Assembly (NCBI GenBank): GCA_041496945.1
Contig: JBGQFO010000002.1
Span: 25,438 to 89,437 of the forward strand
Reading direction: 5' to 3'
Origin: Candidatus Limnocylindria bacterium
Lineage (GTDB): Bacteria > Chloroflexota > Limnocylindria > P2-11E
DNA: 64,000 nt
A model generated the notes under the pieces. The model saw nothing but the letters and a program-made list of their open reading frames with translations, had not been told where the DNA came from and ran no database searches. Below are positions 18,588 to 27,542 of the stretch, piece after piece (the stretch's first letter is position 1; each line of letters starts with the position of its first letter). Position numbers and translations under genes: made by a program.

Positions 18588-19753
18588 GCCGGCTGCTCCT
18601 CGTCGTGCAGCGCTACGGCGAGGAGGTCGTCGGCGGATCGGAGGCGCACGCGCGCGCTGCCGCGCAGCGGCTCGCTGAGCGTCATGACGTCGAGGTCGCC
18701 ACGACGGATGCGCTCGACTACTGGACCTGGGCGCCGCACTTCCCGCTCGGCGTCGCGCAGGACGGCGCCGTGACGGTGCGACGCTTCCCGGTGCGCGCGC
18801 CCCGCGATCCGCACTTCAAGGAGTTCGAGGAGCGCGTCCTCCTCGGTCGCCACACACTGCAGGACGAGCTCGAGTGGCTCACACGACAGGGGCCCGACTG
18901 CCCGCAGCTCCTCGAGTTCCTGCACGACGTTGCGAGGAGCGGCGAGTACGACCGGGTGATCTTCTACACCTACATCTACCTGCCGACCGCCCAGGGCCTG
19001 CCGATCGTGCCCGAGCGCGCCGTGCTCATCCCGACCGCGCATCGCGAGCGTGCGCTCCACCTCGCGCCCTACCGCGCGCTCTTTCACCTGCCGCGCGCCA
19101 TCGGCTATCTCACACCCGAGGAGCGCGACCTCGTGCACGAGGTGCTGCACAACGAGAGCGTGCCGTCGACGGTCCTCGGCTTCGCGCTCGACGCGCCGCC
19201 GCCCTCGGATGCGGTCGCGTTCCGCGAGCGGCATGCGCTCCACGGGCCGATGGTCCTGTACCTCGGGCAGGTGAGCGAGGGGAAGGGCATCAACGAGCTG
19301 CTGCGCTGCTGGGATGCCTACCGCGCCGGCGATGGGGTGGCCGACGCGACGCTCGTGCTGGCCGGCACGGTACGGATGGAGCTACCCGAGCGGCCTGACG
19401 TTCGCGTGCTCGGCCCCGTCAGCGACGAGGACAAGTGGGCCGCCCTCACCGCGGCCGACGTCCTGGTGCAGCCGTCGCACCTCGAGAGCCTGGGCATCTC
19501 ACTGCTCGAGGCGTGGCAGGCCGAGACGCCGGCCCTCGTGCCGGAGTGGAACGCCGTCACCGCGGGCCAGGTGCGCCGCTCGGGCGGCGGCGAGACGTAC
19601 GGATCGGACGCGGACTTCACAGTCAAGCTGGCCGGTCTGCTGCTCGGGACCGATCACGGTGCCCGCGGGAAGCGGTGGGTGGAGCGCGAGTGCTCCTGGC
19701 CGGCATTCGACGAGCGTCTCGAGGAGCTGTTGGAGCTTGCCGGTGTCGCGTGA
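18584..19753 (+). CDS. Glycosyltransferase family 4.
   Basis: ESLGISLLEAWQAETPAL motif. ATGA overlap. The N-terminal LLLVVQRYGEEVVGGSEAHAR is paralogous to the next gene. Confidence 0.7.
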   Translation: MSRLLLVVQRYGEEVVGGSEAHARAAAQRLAERHDVEVATTDALDYWTWAPHFPLGVAQDGAVTVRRFPVRAPRDPHFKEFEERVLLGRHTLQDELEWLTRQGPDCPQLLEFLHDVARSGEYDRVIFYTYIYLPTAQGLPIVPERAVLIPTAHRERALHLAPYRALFHLPRAIGYLTPEERDLVHEVLHNESVPSTVLGFALDAPPPSDAVAFRERHALHGPMVLYLGQVSEGKGINELLRCWDAYRAGDGVADATLVLAGTVRMELPERPDVRVLGPVSDEDKWAALTAADVLVQPSHLESLGISLLEAWQAETPALVPEWNAVTAGQVRRSGGGETYGSDADFTVKLAGLLLGTDHGARGKRWVERECSWPAFDERLEELLELAGVA

Positions 19754-20930
19754 TCGGCGGCTGCTCGTCGTGGTGCAGCGCTACGGCGACGTCGCCGGTG
19801 GCGCGGAGCAGCACGCGCGCGAGCTCGTCCGCCGCCTCGTTCCGCACTTCGACGTCACCGTCGCGACCACCGCCGCGCGCGACTACTGGACCTGGGAGAA
19901 CGAGTTCGTCCCGGGCGAGACGCGCGTCGACGGCGTCCCGGTGATGCGCTTCGCGGTCGCGCGGCCGCGCGGCAGGGACTTCAAGGATCGTGAGCGGAGA
20001 GCGTTCGACGAGACCGCTTCGCTCGTCGATGAACGCGCCTTCATCGATTCGCAGGGTCCCGTCACACCTGAGCTGCTCGAGTACCTGAGCGACAGCGCCG
20101 CCACCTACGCGCAGATCCTCTTCTTCACCTACATCTACTACCCGACCGTGTACGGCCTGCCGCTCGCGCCCGAGCGCGCGGTGCTCGTGCCGACCGCGCA
20201 CGACGAACCCGCGCTCCGGCTCGCGTCGTACAAGCCGATCTTCCACGCGGCGCGGGCCATCGCCTTCAACACCGAGGAGGAGCGCCGGCTGGTGCATGGT
20301 CGCTTCGGCAACGCCCGCGTGCCGAACGACATCGTCGGGGTCGGCGTCGACGTCCCGGCGGACCGCTCCGGTCCACGGTTCCGCGCGCAGCACGGGATCA
20401 CCGGGCCGCTCTTCCTGTACGTGGGACGTGTCGTCGAGAGCAAGGGCACCGACCAGCTGTTCTCGCACTGGGGCGGCTGGGTCGAGACCCGGCGCGCGCT
20501 GGGCGCGAAGCTCGTCGTCATCGGCAAGGCCGAGATGCCGATCCCGCAGCGCGACGACGTCGTGCACCTCGGGTTCGTGAGCGAGCAGGAGAAGTACGAC
20601 GCGCTCGACGCCGCCGACGCGGTCATCGTCCCCGAGCGCTATTCCTCGCTCTCGATGGTCACGCTCGAGGCCTGGGCGTGCGGAAAGCCCGTGGTGTGCT
20701 CGGCGTACTGCAACGTGCTGCGCGGCATGTCGCGCCGCTCCGGCGGCGGCCTGTATTACGCGGACCACGGTGAGTTCAGCGAGCTCCTCGACCTGCTCGT
20801 CGCCGATCCATCGCTGGGAAAGCGGCTCGGGGCCGCGGGCGCCGCGTTCGTCGCGCGCACCTACACCTGGCCGATCGTGGTAGAGAAGTACCTGGACCTG
20901 TTTGCCGAGGTCCGCCGGCGCCTCCACTGA
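19743..20930 (+). CDS. Glycosyltransferase family 4, paralog of 18584..19753.
   Basis: RLLVVVQRYGDVAGGAEQHAR and SLSMVTLEAWACGKPVV. GTG start overlapping the upstream stop by 11 nt. Confidence 0.7.
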   Translation: MSRDRRLLVVVQRYGDVAGGAEQHARELVRRLVPHFDVTVATTAARDYWTWENEFVPGETRVDGVPVMRFAVARPRGRDFKDRERRAFDETASLVDERAFIDSQGPVTPELLEYLSDSAATYAQILFFTYIYYPTVYGLPLAPERAVLVPTAHDEPALRLASYKPIFHAARAIAFNTEEERRLVHGRFGNARVPNDIVGVGVDVPADRSGPRFRAQHGITGPLFLYVGRVVESKGTDQLFSHWGGWVETRRALGAKLVVIGKAEMPIPQRDDVVHLGFVSEQEKYDALDAADAVIVPERYSSLSMVTLEAWACGKPVVCSAYCNVLRGMSRRSGGGLYYADHGEFSELLDLLVADPSLGKRLGAAGAAFVARTYTWPIVVEKYLDLFAEVRRRLH

Positions 20931-20989
20931 GCACCAGACGCGTCGCGCTGGCCCATGCGGCCCTCGCCGCGCTCGCCGCGATCGAGCTG

Positions 20990-23110
20990 GTGCGCGCGCT
21001 CCATCAACCGTGGCTGCGCCAGACGTTCGCCGACGAGACCGCGGTCTTCGCGTGGGCGATCGTGCTGCCCATCGCCAGCGCCGCGAGCAGCCTCATCGCG
21101 ATCGCCCTCGGCCTGCGTCGATGGTCGGGGCGCGCGCTCGTGGCCGACACGATCTCGCTCGCCGGCGTCTATGTGCTGGTCTTTCTCCTCTCGCAGGGCG
21201 AGCACCTGTCCTACGACGCCGCGTTCGGGATCCTCGGGCTCGCCCTCGTGGCGCGCGCCGCGGCTCCGCTCGCGGTCATCGCGCGAGCCGTTCCATTCCC
21301 CACGCTCGCCGTCGACGACCGCCGCGCGACTATCGCGTTCGTTATCGCGAGCGCCGCGCTCATCGCGCTGCTCGTCGCGTGGCCGCTGCCGAGCGGCTGC
21401 CACCTCGGCTGCAGCATGCGGTCGCGGTGGGTGCCGTTCGGCCTCCTGCTGGCGACCGGGCTCACGCTCGCGCTGGCGCGCGCCGCGCGCCCTGCCGCAG
21501 CGCTGCCGCTCCTGGCACGTGGCGCGTCGCTCTGGCTGGCCGTCCCGGTCGCCTTCGCGCTCACGGGCTGGACCGGCGCGCCCGACGGCTTCGTCGGCGT
21601 ACCGGTCATCGCGCTCGTCGTCGGCATCGCGGCCCAGGGGGTGCTCACGCTGTATCGCGCGGCCGAGGTGCACGGCGATCGGGCCACCGGCGCGCTGCTC
21701 GGCGCGACCGTGCTCGCGGCGTCGCTCGCGCTCCTGCCGTGGGTGCGCACGGTCCAACCGACGCAGTCGGACGAGCCGCATTACCTGGTGGCGATGCAGA
21801 GCCTGGTCGAAGATCACGACCTCGATCTGAAGAACGAGTACGACCGCGCCGACTACGCCGACTATTACCCGACGCCGCTCGAAGCGCGCCACATCGTCGA
21901 GGTCGGCTCGACCGAGGTCCCGATCCACGATCTCGGGCTCCCGCTCCTCGGCGCGATCCCCTTCGCGCTCGGACGGCGCACCGGCGTGCTCGCGTTCATG
22001 TGCGTCGTCGTCGCGCTCTTCGCCTGGCGCGGCTTCCACCTGCTCCGTCGGCTCGGCTTTCGGCGGGACAGCGCGATCCTCGCGGTCTCCGGCGTGTCAC
22101 TCCTGCATCCGCTCTTCACCTACACGACGCAGATCTACCCCGATGCCATCGGTGCGCTGGCAATGCTGCTCGCCGCGGAGCAGCTCGCCGCGCCGATCAC
22201 CCCGCGCCGCCTCGCGATGGCCTCCGCTCTCCTCGGCGTCCTGCCGTGGCTCTCCGCGCGCCTCTGGTTCGTCGCTCTGGGGATGGGCCTGGTCGTGGCG
22301 GCCCTGGCCTTCGCGCCGCTCTTCGCGGGCGGCCTCGGCGGACGGCGCGGGAGGGCCCGCGATGTGCTGGTGCACGTGCTCGCCGGCGCGGTGCCGTTCG
22401 CCGTGGTCGTCGGCGCGTACGCGTGGGTCGACCTCGCGCTCTTCGGCGTGCCCGTGCCGAACGCCGGCTACTTCGTCATCCGCGATCAGTACTACGTCGT
22501 CGCCTACACGCCGTGGATCGGCCTCCCCGGTCTGTTCCTGGATCGGACGTTCGGCCTCCTGTCGCACGCGCCGATCTACCTCGTGTCGCTCGTCGGGCTC
22601 GTGCCGCTCTGGCGCCGCTGGCGTGCGGCACCGTCGCCGGCGATCGCCGCCCTGTTCCTCGGGTGGCTCGTCTATCTCCTGTACGTCGGCGACATCTTCT
22701 ACTGGTGGGCGGACGGCGCGCCCTCGTCGCGCTATCTGCTGGGTTCCATCGCCTTCGTGCTCGTCGCGCTCGCGGCCGGCATCGAGCGGATGCGCGGCGC
22801 GATCGCGCTCTCGCTCGCCGCGATCGCCGCGGCCTGGAGCGTGTGCGTCACTTTGCTATACGCGCTCGTACCGAACGTGCGCTACGACATCGTCGCGGAC
22901 ATCCGTCCGGACGGCGGGCCCGGTTTCCTGTGGGTCGTCGTCACAAAGGTCCTCCGTGCGGACCCCGGGATCCTGTTCCCCTCGATGGTGCGTGCCGCGC
23001 CCCTCGACTACGCGCTCGCGGCCGCGTGGCTGGTCATTCTGGCCACGGTCGTATTCGCCGGATCGCGTCCGCCCAGAGCGGCGCCCGCGCGCGCCGCATA
23101 CTCAGCCTGA
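20990..23110 (+). CDS. Large polytopic membrane protein, GT-C fold glycosyltransferase-like (PMT/ArnT-like DE motif); candidate protein O-glycosyl/mannosyltransferase or oligosaccharyltransferase.
   Basis: More than 10 TM segments. An acidic loop motif DEPHYLVAMQSLVEDHDLDL sits after the first TM bundle, as in GT39/GT83 enzymes. GTG start. Its stop overlaps the UPF0182 start (TGATG). Confidence 0.5.
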   Translation: MRALHQPWLRQTFADETAVFAWAIVLPIASAASSLIAIALGLRRWSGRALVADTISLAGVYVLVFLLSQGEHLSYDAAFGILGLALVARAAAPLAVIARAVPFPTLAVDDRRATIAFVIASAALIALLVAWPLPSGCHLGCSMRSRWVPFGLLLATGLTLALARAARPAAALPLLARGASLWLAVPVAFALTGWTGAPDGFVGVPVIALVVGIAAQGVLTLYRAAEVHGDRATGALLGATVLAASLALLPWVRTVQPTQSDEPHYLVAMQSLVEDHDLDLKNEYDRADYADYYPTPLEARHIVEVGSTEVPIHDLGLPLLGAIPFALGRRTGVLAFMCVVVALFAWRGFHLLRRLGFRRDSAILAVSGVSLLHPLFTYTTQIYPDAIGALAMLLAAEQLAAPITPRRLAMASALLGVLPWLSARLWFVALGMGLVVAALAFAPLFAGGLGGRRGRARDVLVHVLAGAVPFAVVVGAYAWVDLALFGVPVPNAGYFVIRDQYYVVAYTPWIGLPGLFLDRTFGLLSHAPIYLVSLVGLVPLWRRWRAAPSPAIAALFLGWLVYLLYVGDIFYWWADGAPSSRYLLGSIAFVLVALAAGIERMRGAIALSLAAIAAAWSVCVTLLYALVPNVRYDIVADIRPDGGPGFLWVVVTKVLRADPGILFPSMVRAAPLDYALAAAWLVILATVVFAGSRPPRAAPARAAYSA

Positions 23111-26025
23111 TGGCAGGGCGGCGCGGCAACGGCGGACCCGAGTGGGGCAACATCGACTGGTCCAATTTCGACCTCCGTCAGCTGGGCGGCCGCACCGGGG
23201 GGACGCCGCGGCCACCGGGCCGCCGCAGCATCGGGATCAGCGTCGTCCTCATCCTGCTCCTGCTGGTCCCGCTCATCCTCGGCCCGCTCGTCGGCTTCCT
23301 CACCGACCTCTACTGGTTCCGCAGCCTCGGGCTCGAGGACGTCTACCTGCGGCGCTACACCGCCGGCTTCTGGGCGTTCATGGCCTTCTTCGGGCTCTTC
23401 TTCGTCTTCGCGCTCCCGAACCTGTACCTCGCCCTGCGGCCGCAGGTGCCGCGTGTTGTCGTCGATGCGCAGCGCCCGCGATCGTCCGCGCTCGCCGGCA
23501 CCCTGCGACTGATGTGGCTGCTGCTCATCCCGGCGTTCTTCTTCGGTCTCGCCGGCAGCGGACAGTGGGATCCGCTGCTGCGTTGGCTGAACGCCGTCCC
23601 GTTCGGGGTGAGCGATCCGGTGTTCGGTCGCGACATCGGCTTCTACTTCTTCACGCTGCCGGTCCTCGACTTTGTGCGCGGCTGGGCGATCGCCGCGGTG
23701 CTCGCGATCGCCGGGGGCGTGATCCTCGTGTACGTCCTGCGCGGGGTCATCGGCGTCGCGACCGACACGATCACTCGTGGCGACCTCGGGGTCGCCGGCC
23801 GCACCGCGCTCGCGCTCGCACGGCCCGCGCGCGCGCACCTCTCGGTCCTGGGCGGCATCTTCCTGCTGCTCATCGCGTTCGGCTACGTCATCGACCAGTG
23901 GGAGCTCCTCTTCCGCCAGGACTCGGTGCTCACTGGTGCGGCGTACACGAGCATCAACGCGCGCCTGCCCGCGCTCACCGTGCTCGCGGTCGTCGTCGGC
24001 ATCGCCGCGCTCGCCTGTCTGGCGAATGCGTTCGCCCGCACCCTCTGGGTGCTCGGCGGCGCGATCGTGCTGTGGGCCGCGGCGAGCATCCTCATCGCCG
24101 GCGTCTACCCCGGCCTGATCGAGAACTTCATCGTGAAGCCCGACCAGCTGAACAAGGAGCGGCCCTACCTCGAACGCAACATCGCGGCGACGCGTGCCGC
24201 GTACCGCCTCGACAACGTCGATGAGACGCTGTTCAACGTCTCGGACACACCGAGCTCGGCCGAGGCGCGGCGCGATCTCTCGGACACCGAGTCGGTCCGC
24301 CTGTGGGACTACCGCCCGCTGTTGTCCGCCTACGACGCCCTTCAGGCGCTGCGCCAGTACTACTCGTTCAACGACGTCGACGTGGACCGCTACCAGATCG
24401 GCGGCCGCGAGGTCCCGGTGATGCTGTCCGCGCGCGAGCTGCAGAGCACCAGCCTGCCGCAGGCCACCTGGGTGAACCGTCACCTCGTCTTCACGCATGG
24501 GTACGGCGCGGTGCTCACGGCGATGGGTGGTATCGGAGCCGAGGGACGCCCGGACATGCTGGTGAAGGACATCCCGCCGGTCGGGGAGCCGAAGATCGAG
24601 CAGCCGCGCATCTACTTCGGTGAGCTCACCAACGACTACGTGGTCGTGAAGACGCAGCAGGACGAGTTCGACTACGCGCAGGAAGGCGCCGACGCGCGCA
24701 CCGTCTTCAGCGGCACCGGCGGCGTCGGCATCGGTAGCCTGTGGGACCGCCTGCTGTTCGCACTCCGCTTCGGCGATTCGAACCTGCTCTTCACCAACCA
24801 GACCACCGCCGACAGCAGGATGCTCTTCCACCGCAACATCGCTGAGCGCGAGCGCCTCATCGCGCCGTTCCTCTCGTACGACCCCGATCCCTACCTCGTG
24901 CTCGCCGACGGCGGCATGTACTGGATCAACGACGCGTACACGACCGGCGATCGCTATCCCTACAGCGAGCGCTTCGGGGCGCTGAACCTGGGCTCGACGC
25001 CGCTCGCGGGCGGGGACTTCAACTACATCCGCAACAGCGTGAAGGTCGTCCAGAACGCGTACGACGGCACGATCACCTTCTACATCGTCGACGAGAGCGA
25101 CCCGGTGGTGAGGAACCTGCGCGCGATCTACCCCACGCTGTTCAAGTCCATCGCGCAGATGCCCGAGAGCCTCAAGGCGCACATCCGCTATCCCGAGGGC
25201 ATCTTCACCGTGCAGACGCAGGTCTACTCGCTGTACCACATGACCAACCCCGACGAGTTCTACAACCGTGTCGACGCGTGGCGTATCGCCAACGAGCTGC
25301 AATTCCAGGGCTCCGCCAAGCAGCCCATCGAGCCCTATTACGTGACCACGCGGCTTCCGGGCGCCGACCGGCAGGAGTTCATCCTCTTCGTGCCGATGAC
25401 GCCGGCCGGTGGCCAGCGCGACAACATGGTCGCCTGGATCGCCGGACGCGCCGACGCACCCGACTACGGGAAGCTTCGCGTGCTGCGCTTCCCGAAGGAC
25501 CGCACCATCTTCGGTCCGCTGCAGGTCGAAGGACGGATCGATAACGACAGCACCATCCGGCAGCAGCTAACCCTGCTCTGCCCGGCGGGCAGCGGGACGC
25601 AGTGCATCCGCGGCAACCTGCTGGTCCTGCCGGTCGGGAGCTCCTTCCTCTACGTCGAGCCGCTCTTCATCCAGGCGACGCAGGGCAAGATCCCCGAGCT
25701 GCAGCGGCTCATCCTCGCGACGCAGGACCGGGTCGTCATGGCCGACTCGTTCGCCAAGGCGCTCGAGGCGCTCTTCGGGACCGGCACGACGCCGACCCCG
25801 ACGCCGACCCCGACGCCCGGCCCGAGCGCCACCCCGCGTCCCTCCGGCGCGCCGACGGCCACACCGGCTCCGTCACAGACGGTCGCCCAGCTCGTGAAGC
25901 AGGCCTCCGACCACTACGCCCAGGCGCAGGACGCGCTCAAGCGAGGCGACTTCGCCGAGTACGCCCGCCTCATCAGCCTGCTGCAAGACGACCTCGCCAA
26001 GCTCCGTGCGGCGACCGGCCAATAG
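23110..26025 (+). CDS. UPF0182 family membrane protein (Rv3193c-like): 7 N-terminal TM segments and a large extracytoplasmic domain.
   Basis: Collinear similarity to mycobacterial UPF0182 (GYTSINARLPAL, DQPRIYFGE, YIRNSVKVVQNAYDGTITFYIVDESDPV, and the C-terminal KRGDFAEYARLISLLQDDLAKL). 972 aa with a PTPTPTPTP linker. Confidence 0.8.
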   Translation: MAGRRGNGGPEWGNIDWSNFDLRQLGGRTGGTPRPPGRRSIGISVVLILLLLVPLILGPLVGFLTDLYWFRSLGLEDVYLRRYTAGFWAFMAFFGLFFVFALPNLYLALRPQVPRVVVDAQRPRSSALAGTLRLMWLLLIPAFFFGLAGSGQWDPLLRWLNAVPFGVSDPVFGRDIGFYFFTLPVLDFVRGWAIAAVLAIAGGVILVYVLRGVIGVATDTITRGDLGVAGRTALALARPARAHLSVLGGIFLLLIAFGYVIDQWELLFRQDSVLTGAAYTSINARLPALTVLAVVVGIAALACLANAFARTLWVLGGAIVLWAAASILIAGVYPGLIENFIVKPDQLNKERPYLERNIAATRAAYRLDNVDETLFNVSDTPSSAEARRDLSDTESVRLWDYRPLLSAYDALQALRQYYSFNDVDVDRYQIGGREVPVMLSARELQSTSLPQATWVNRHLVFTHGYGAVLTAMGGIGAEGRPDMLVKDIPPVGEPKIEQPRIYFGELTNDYVVVKTQQDEFDYAQEGADARTVFSGTGGVGIGSLWDRLLFALRFGDSNLLFTNQTTADSRMLFHRNIAERERLIAPFLSYDPDPYLVLADGGMYWINDAYTTGDRYPYSERFGALNLGSTPLAGGDFNYIRNSVKVVQNAYDGTITFYIVDESDPVVRNLRAIYPTLFKSIAQMPESLKAHIRYPEGIFTVQTQVYSLYHMTNPDEFYNRVDAWRIANELQFQGSAKQPIEPYYVTTRLPGADRQEFILFVPMTPAGGQRDNMVAWIAGRADAPDYGKLRVLRFPKDRTIFGPLQVEGRIDNDSTIRQQLTLLCPAGSGTQCIRGNLLVLPVGSSFLYVEPLFIQATQGKIPELQRLILATQDRVVMADSFAKALEALFGTGTTPTPTPTPTPGPSATPRPSGAPTATPAPSQTVAQLVKQASDHYAQAQDALKRGDFAEYARLISLLQDDLAKLRAATGQ

Positions 26026-27184
26026 TCCGAGCGCCGTCGTCCTCGCGGCCCTCGCGGTCGCGCTGTTCTGGGCGGTCGAGGGCATCGACGTCAACGCCCC
26101 GCAGCTCGAGCGTGTCGCCATCCTGGTGTCGTCGATCGTCCTCGGCTGGGCCGCGCTCCGGAATTCGCCGCTCGCTGCCGGGCTGACCTCATACCTCGCG
26201 ATCCTCGTCGCGATCTCCGAGCGCCTCCGCCGCGACCCGCTCCTCGACGGCAGCGACGTCCTCAGGGCGACGACGGAGGCGCTCGCGATCGTCGCGAAGG
26301 GTGGCAACCCGTACGCGTCGTTCCTGCACAGCACCGTGCCGCCGGGATCCCCGTTCGTCTATCCGCCGGGCGAGCTCGCGTGGTACGCGCTCCCGCAGTG
26401 GCTCTTCGGTGACATCACCCGGGTCGATACCTGGGCCGGCGTGCTCATCGTCGCGGCCATCGCGCTCGCGGGCCTGCGGATCGGCTTCGACGCGGTCGCG
26501 CTCCCGGCGATGCTCTACGCCGCGTGGGGCATCGCCGGCTACCGCGCGATCGACGGATCGAACGACGTGTCCGCGTCCGCGCTCGTCGTGTTCGCCTGCG
26601 TCGCTCTCGTCTTCGCCACGGGCTCCGGCACAACGCCTACCGCGCGCTCCTCCCAAGTCGCCTTTCTCCTCTCAGCTGCGTTGTTTGGCTGGGCGATCGC
26701 GTTCAAGCAGTTCTCGCTGCTCGTCCTGCCGCCCGTCGCGCGGCACCTCGCGGTCTCCGGCGCCAACTGGCGCCGTTATGTGCTCGTGGCGCTCGGCGTG
26801 ACCGCGGCCTTCGTGCTGCCGTTCTTCGTGCGCGATCCCTTCGCGTTCATCAACGAGCAGTTCGCGGCACTCGCGTTCCACGACGAGATCTGGGGGACGA
26901 ACCTCCTCCACACTCTGGCGCAGTTCGGCGATCCAAGCGGGCTCGTGCCGCTCTTCACCGCGGTCGAGGTCTTCGGCACGCTCGGACTCGTCGTGCTCGT
27001 CGTCCGGCGGTGGGACGCGCCGACGCTCGGTGCGGCGGTCCTCGTCGGGGCGGGTCTGGTTCTAGTGCCACTGCTCTTCGCGAGGTGGACGACGCAGCCG
27101 TACTACGCGTACATCGGCGGGCTGGTGGCGTGCGGCCTCGCGCTGCTTTCGATCCCGTTCGTCCAGCGGGCGAAACAACATTGA
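26006..27184 (+). CDS. Polytopic integral membrane protein, DUF2029/GT87-like; possibly a polyprenol-phosphate-sugar dependent glycosyltransferase.
   Basis: About 10 TM segments over 392 aa with no soluble domain. Its start overlaps the UPF0182 end by 20 nt. The functional assignment is tentative. Confidence 0.45.
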   Translation: MRRPANSPSAVVLAALAVALFWAVEGIDVNAPQLERVAILVSSIVLGWAALRNSPLAAGLTSYLAILVAISERLRRDPLLDGSDVLRATTEALAIVAKGGNPYASFLHSTVPPGSPFVYPPGELAWYALPQWLFGDITRVDTWAGVLIVAAIALAGLRIGFDAVALPAMLYAAWGIAGYRAIDGSNDVSASALVVFACVALVFATGSGTTPTARSSQVAFLLSAALFGWAIAFKQFSLLVLPPVARHLAVSGANWRRYVLVALGVTAAFVLPFFVRDPFAFINEQFAALAFHDEIWGTNLLHTLAQFGDPSGLVPLFTAVEVFGTLGLVVLVVRRWDAPTLGAAVLVGAGLVLVPLLFARWTTQPYYAYIGGLVACGLALLSIPFVQRAKQH

Positions 27185-27215
27185 ACACGGCGTATCCGCG
27201 CACTCGGAAGGCGAC

Positions 27216-27530
27216 ATGCAGTCCGTGATTCGCGTTCCCCACGACGCTTTCCTGCGAGATGTGCAGCTCGACTGGGAGCACGGCTTGTTGACGATTCGCT
27301 TCGGTTTCGAAGAGTGGGATCTTGCCTTGACCGCTACCGGAGTCCGCAAGCTCCAGATCCGTCGGGATGAGCCTTGGGGCCCGAGCAGCTACGTCAATGA
27401 GACGCACGGACCCGTGCAGATCTCAGGCGGGCTAATGACCTTCTCGATCGAGATGCAGAGCGGCGACGCAATTGAGCTTACGGCCGTCGACATTCGCTTC
27501 GAGAGGACGCGTGCGCTCGCCCCCGACTAG
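27216..27530 (+). CDS. Hypothetical small protein (104 aa), a low-GC orphan.
   Basis: A good Shine-Dalgarno GGAAGG lies 6 nt before the ATG. GC is about 57% against about 70% for the surroundings. No recognisable motif. Confidence 0.4.
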   Translation: MQSVIRVPHDAFLRDVQLDWEHGLLTIRFGFEEWDLALTATGVRKLQIRRDEPWGPSSYVNETHGPVQISGGLMTFSIEMQSGDAIELTAVDIRFERTRALAPD

Positions 27531-27542
27531 AATCGCTCGCGA

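Noticed and set aside
16106-19753. The giant six-frame ORFs 16106..19753 (1215 aa) and 20902..26025 (1707 aa).
   Set aside because: Each is a read-through of several consecutive genes in one frame. Internal start codons overlapping upstream stops (ATGA or GTGA) and domain boundaries show that the real genes are 18584..19753 and 19743..20930, and 20990..23110 and 23110..26025 respectively.
25780-25830. Short direct nucleotide repeats (ccgacgccgaccccgacgcc...) that could suggest a CRISPR or tandem repeat.
   Set aside because: They encode the PTPTPTPTP linker of UPF0182 and are in frame with it. Similar PT/PS-coding repeats occur in other secreted proteins. No spacer-repeat structure is present.
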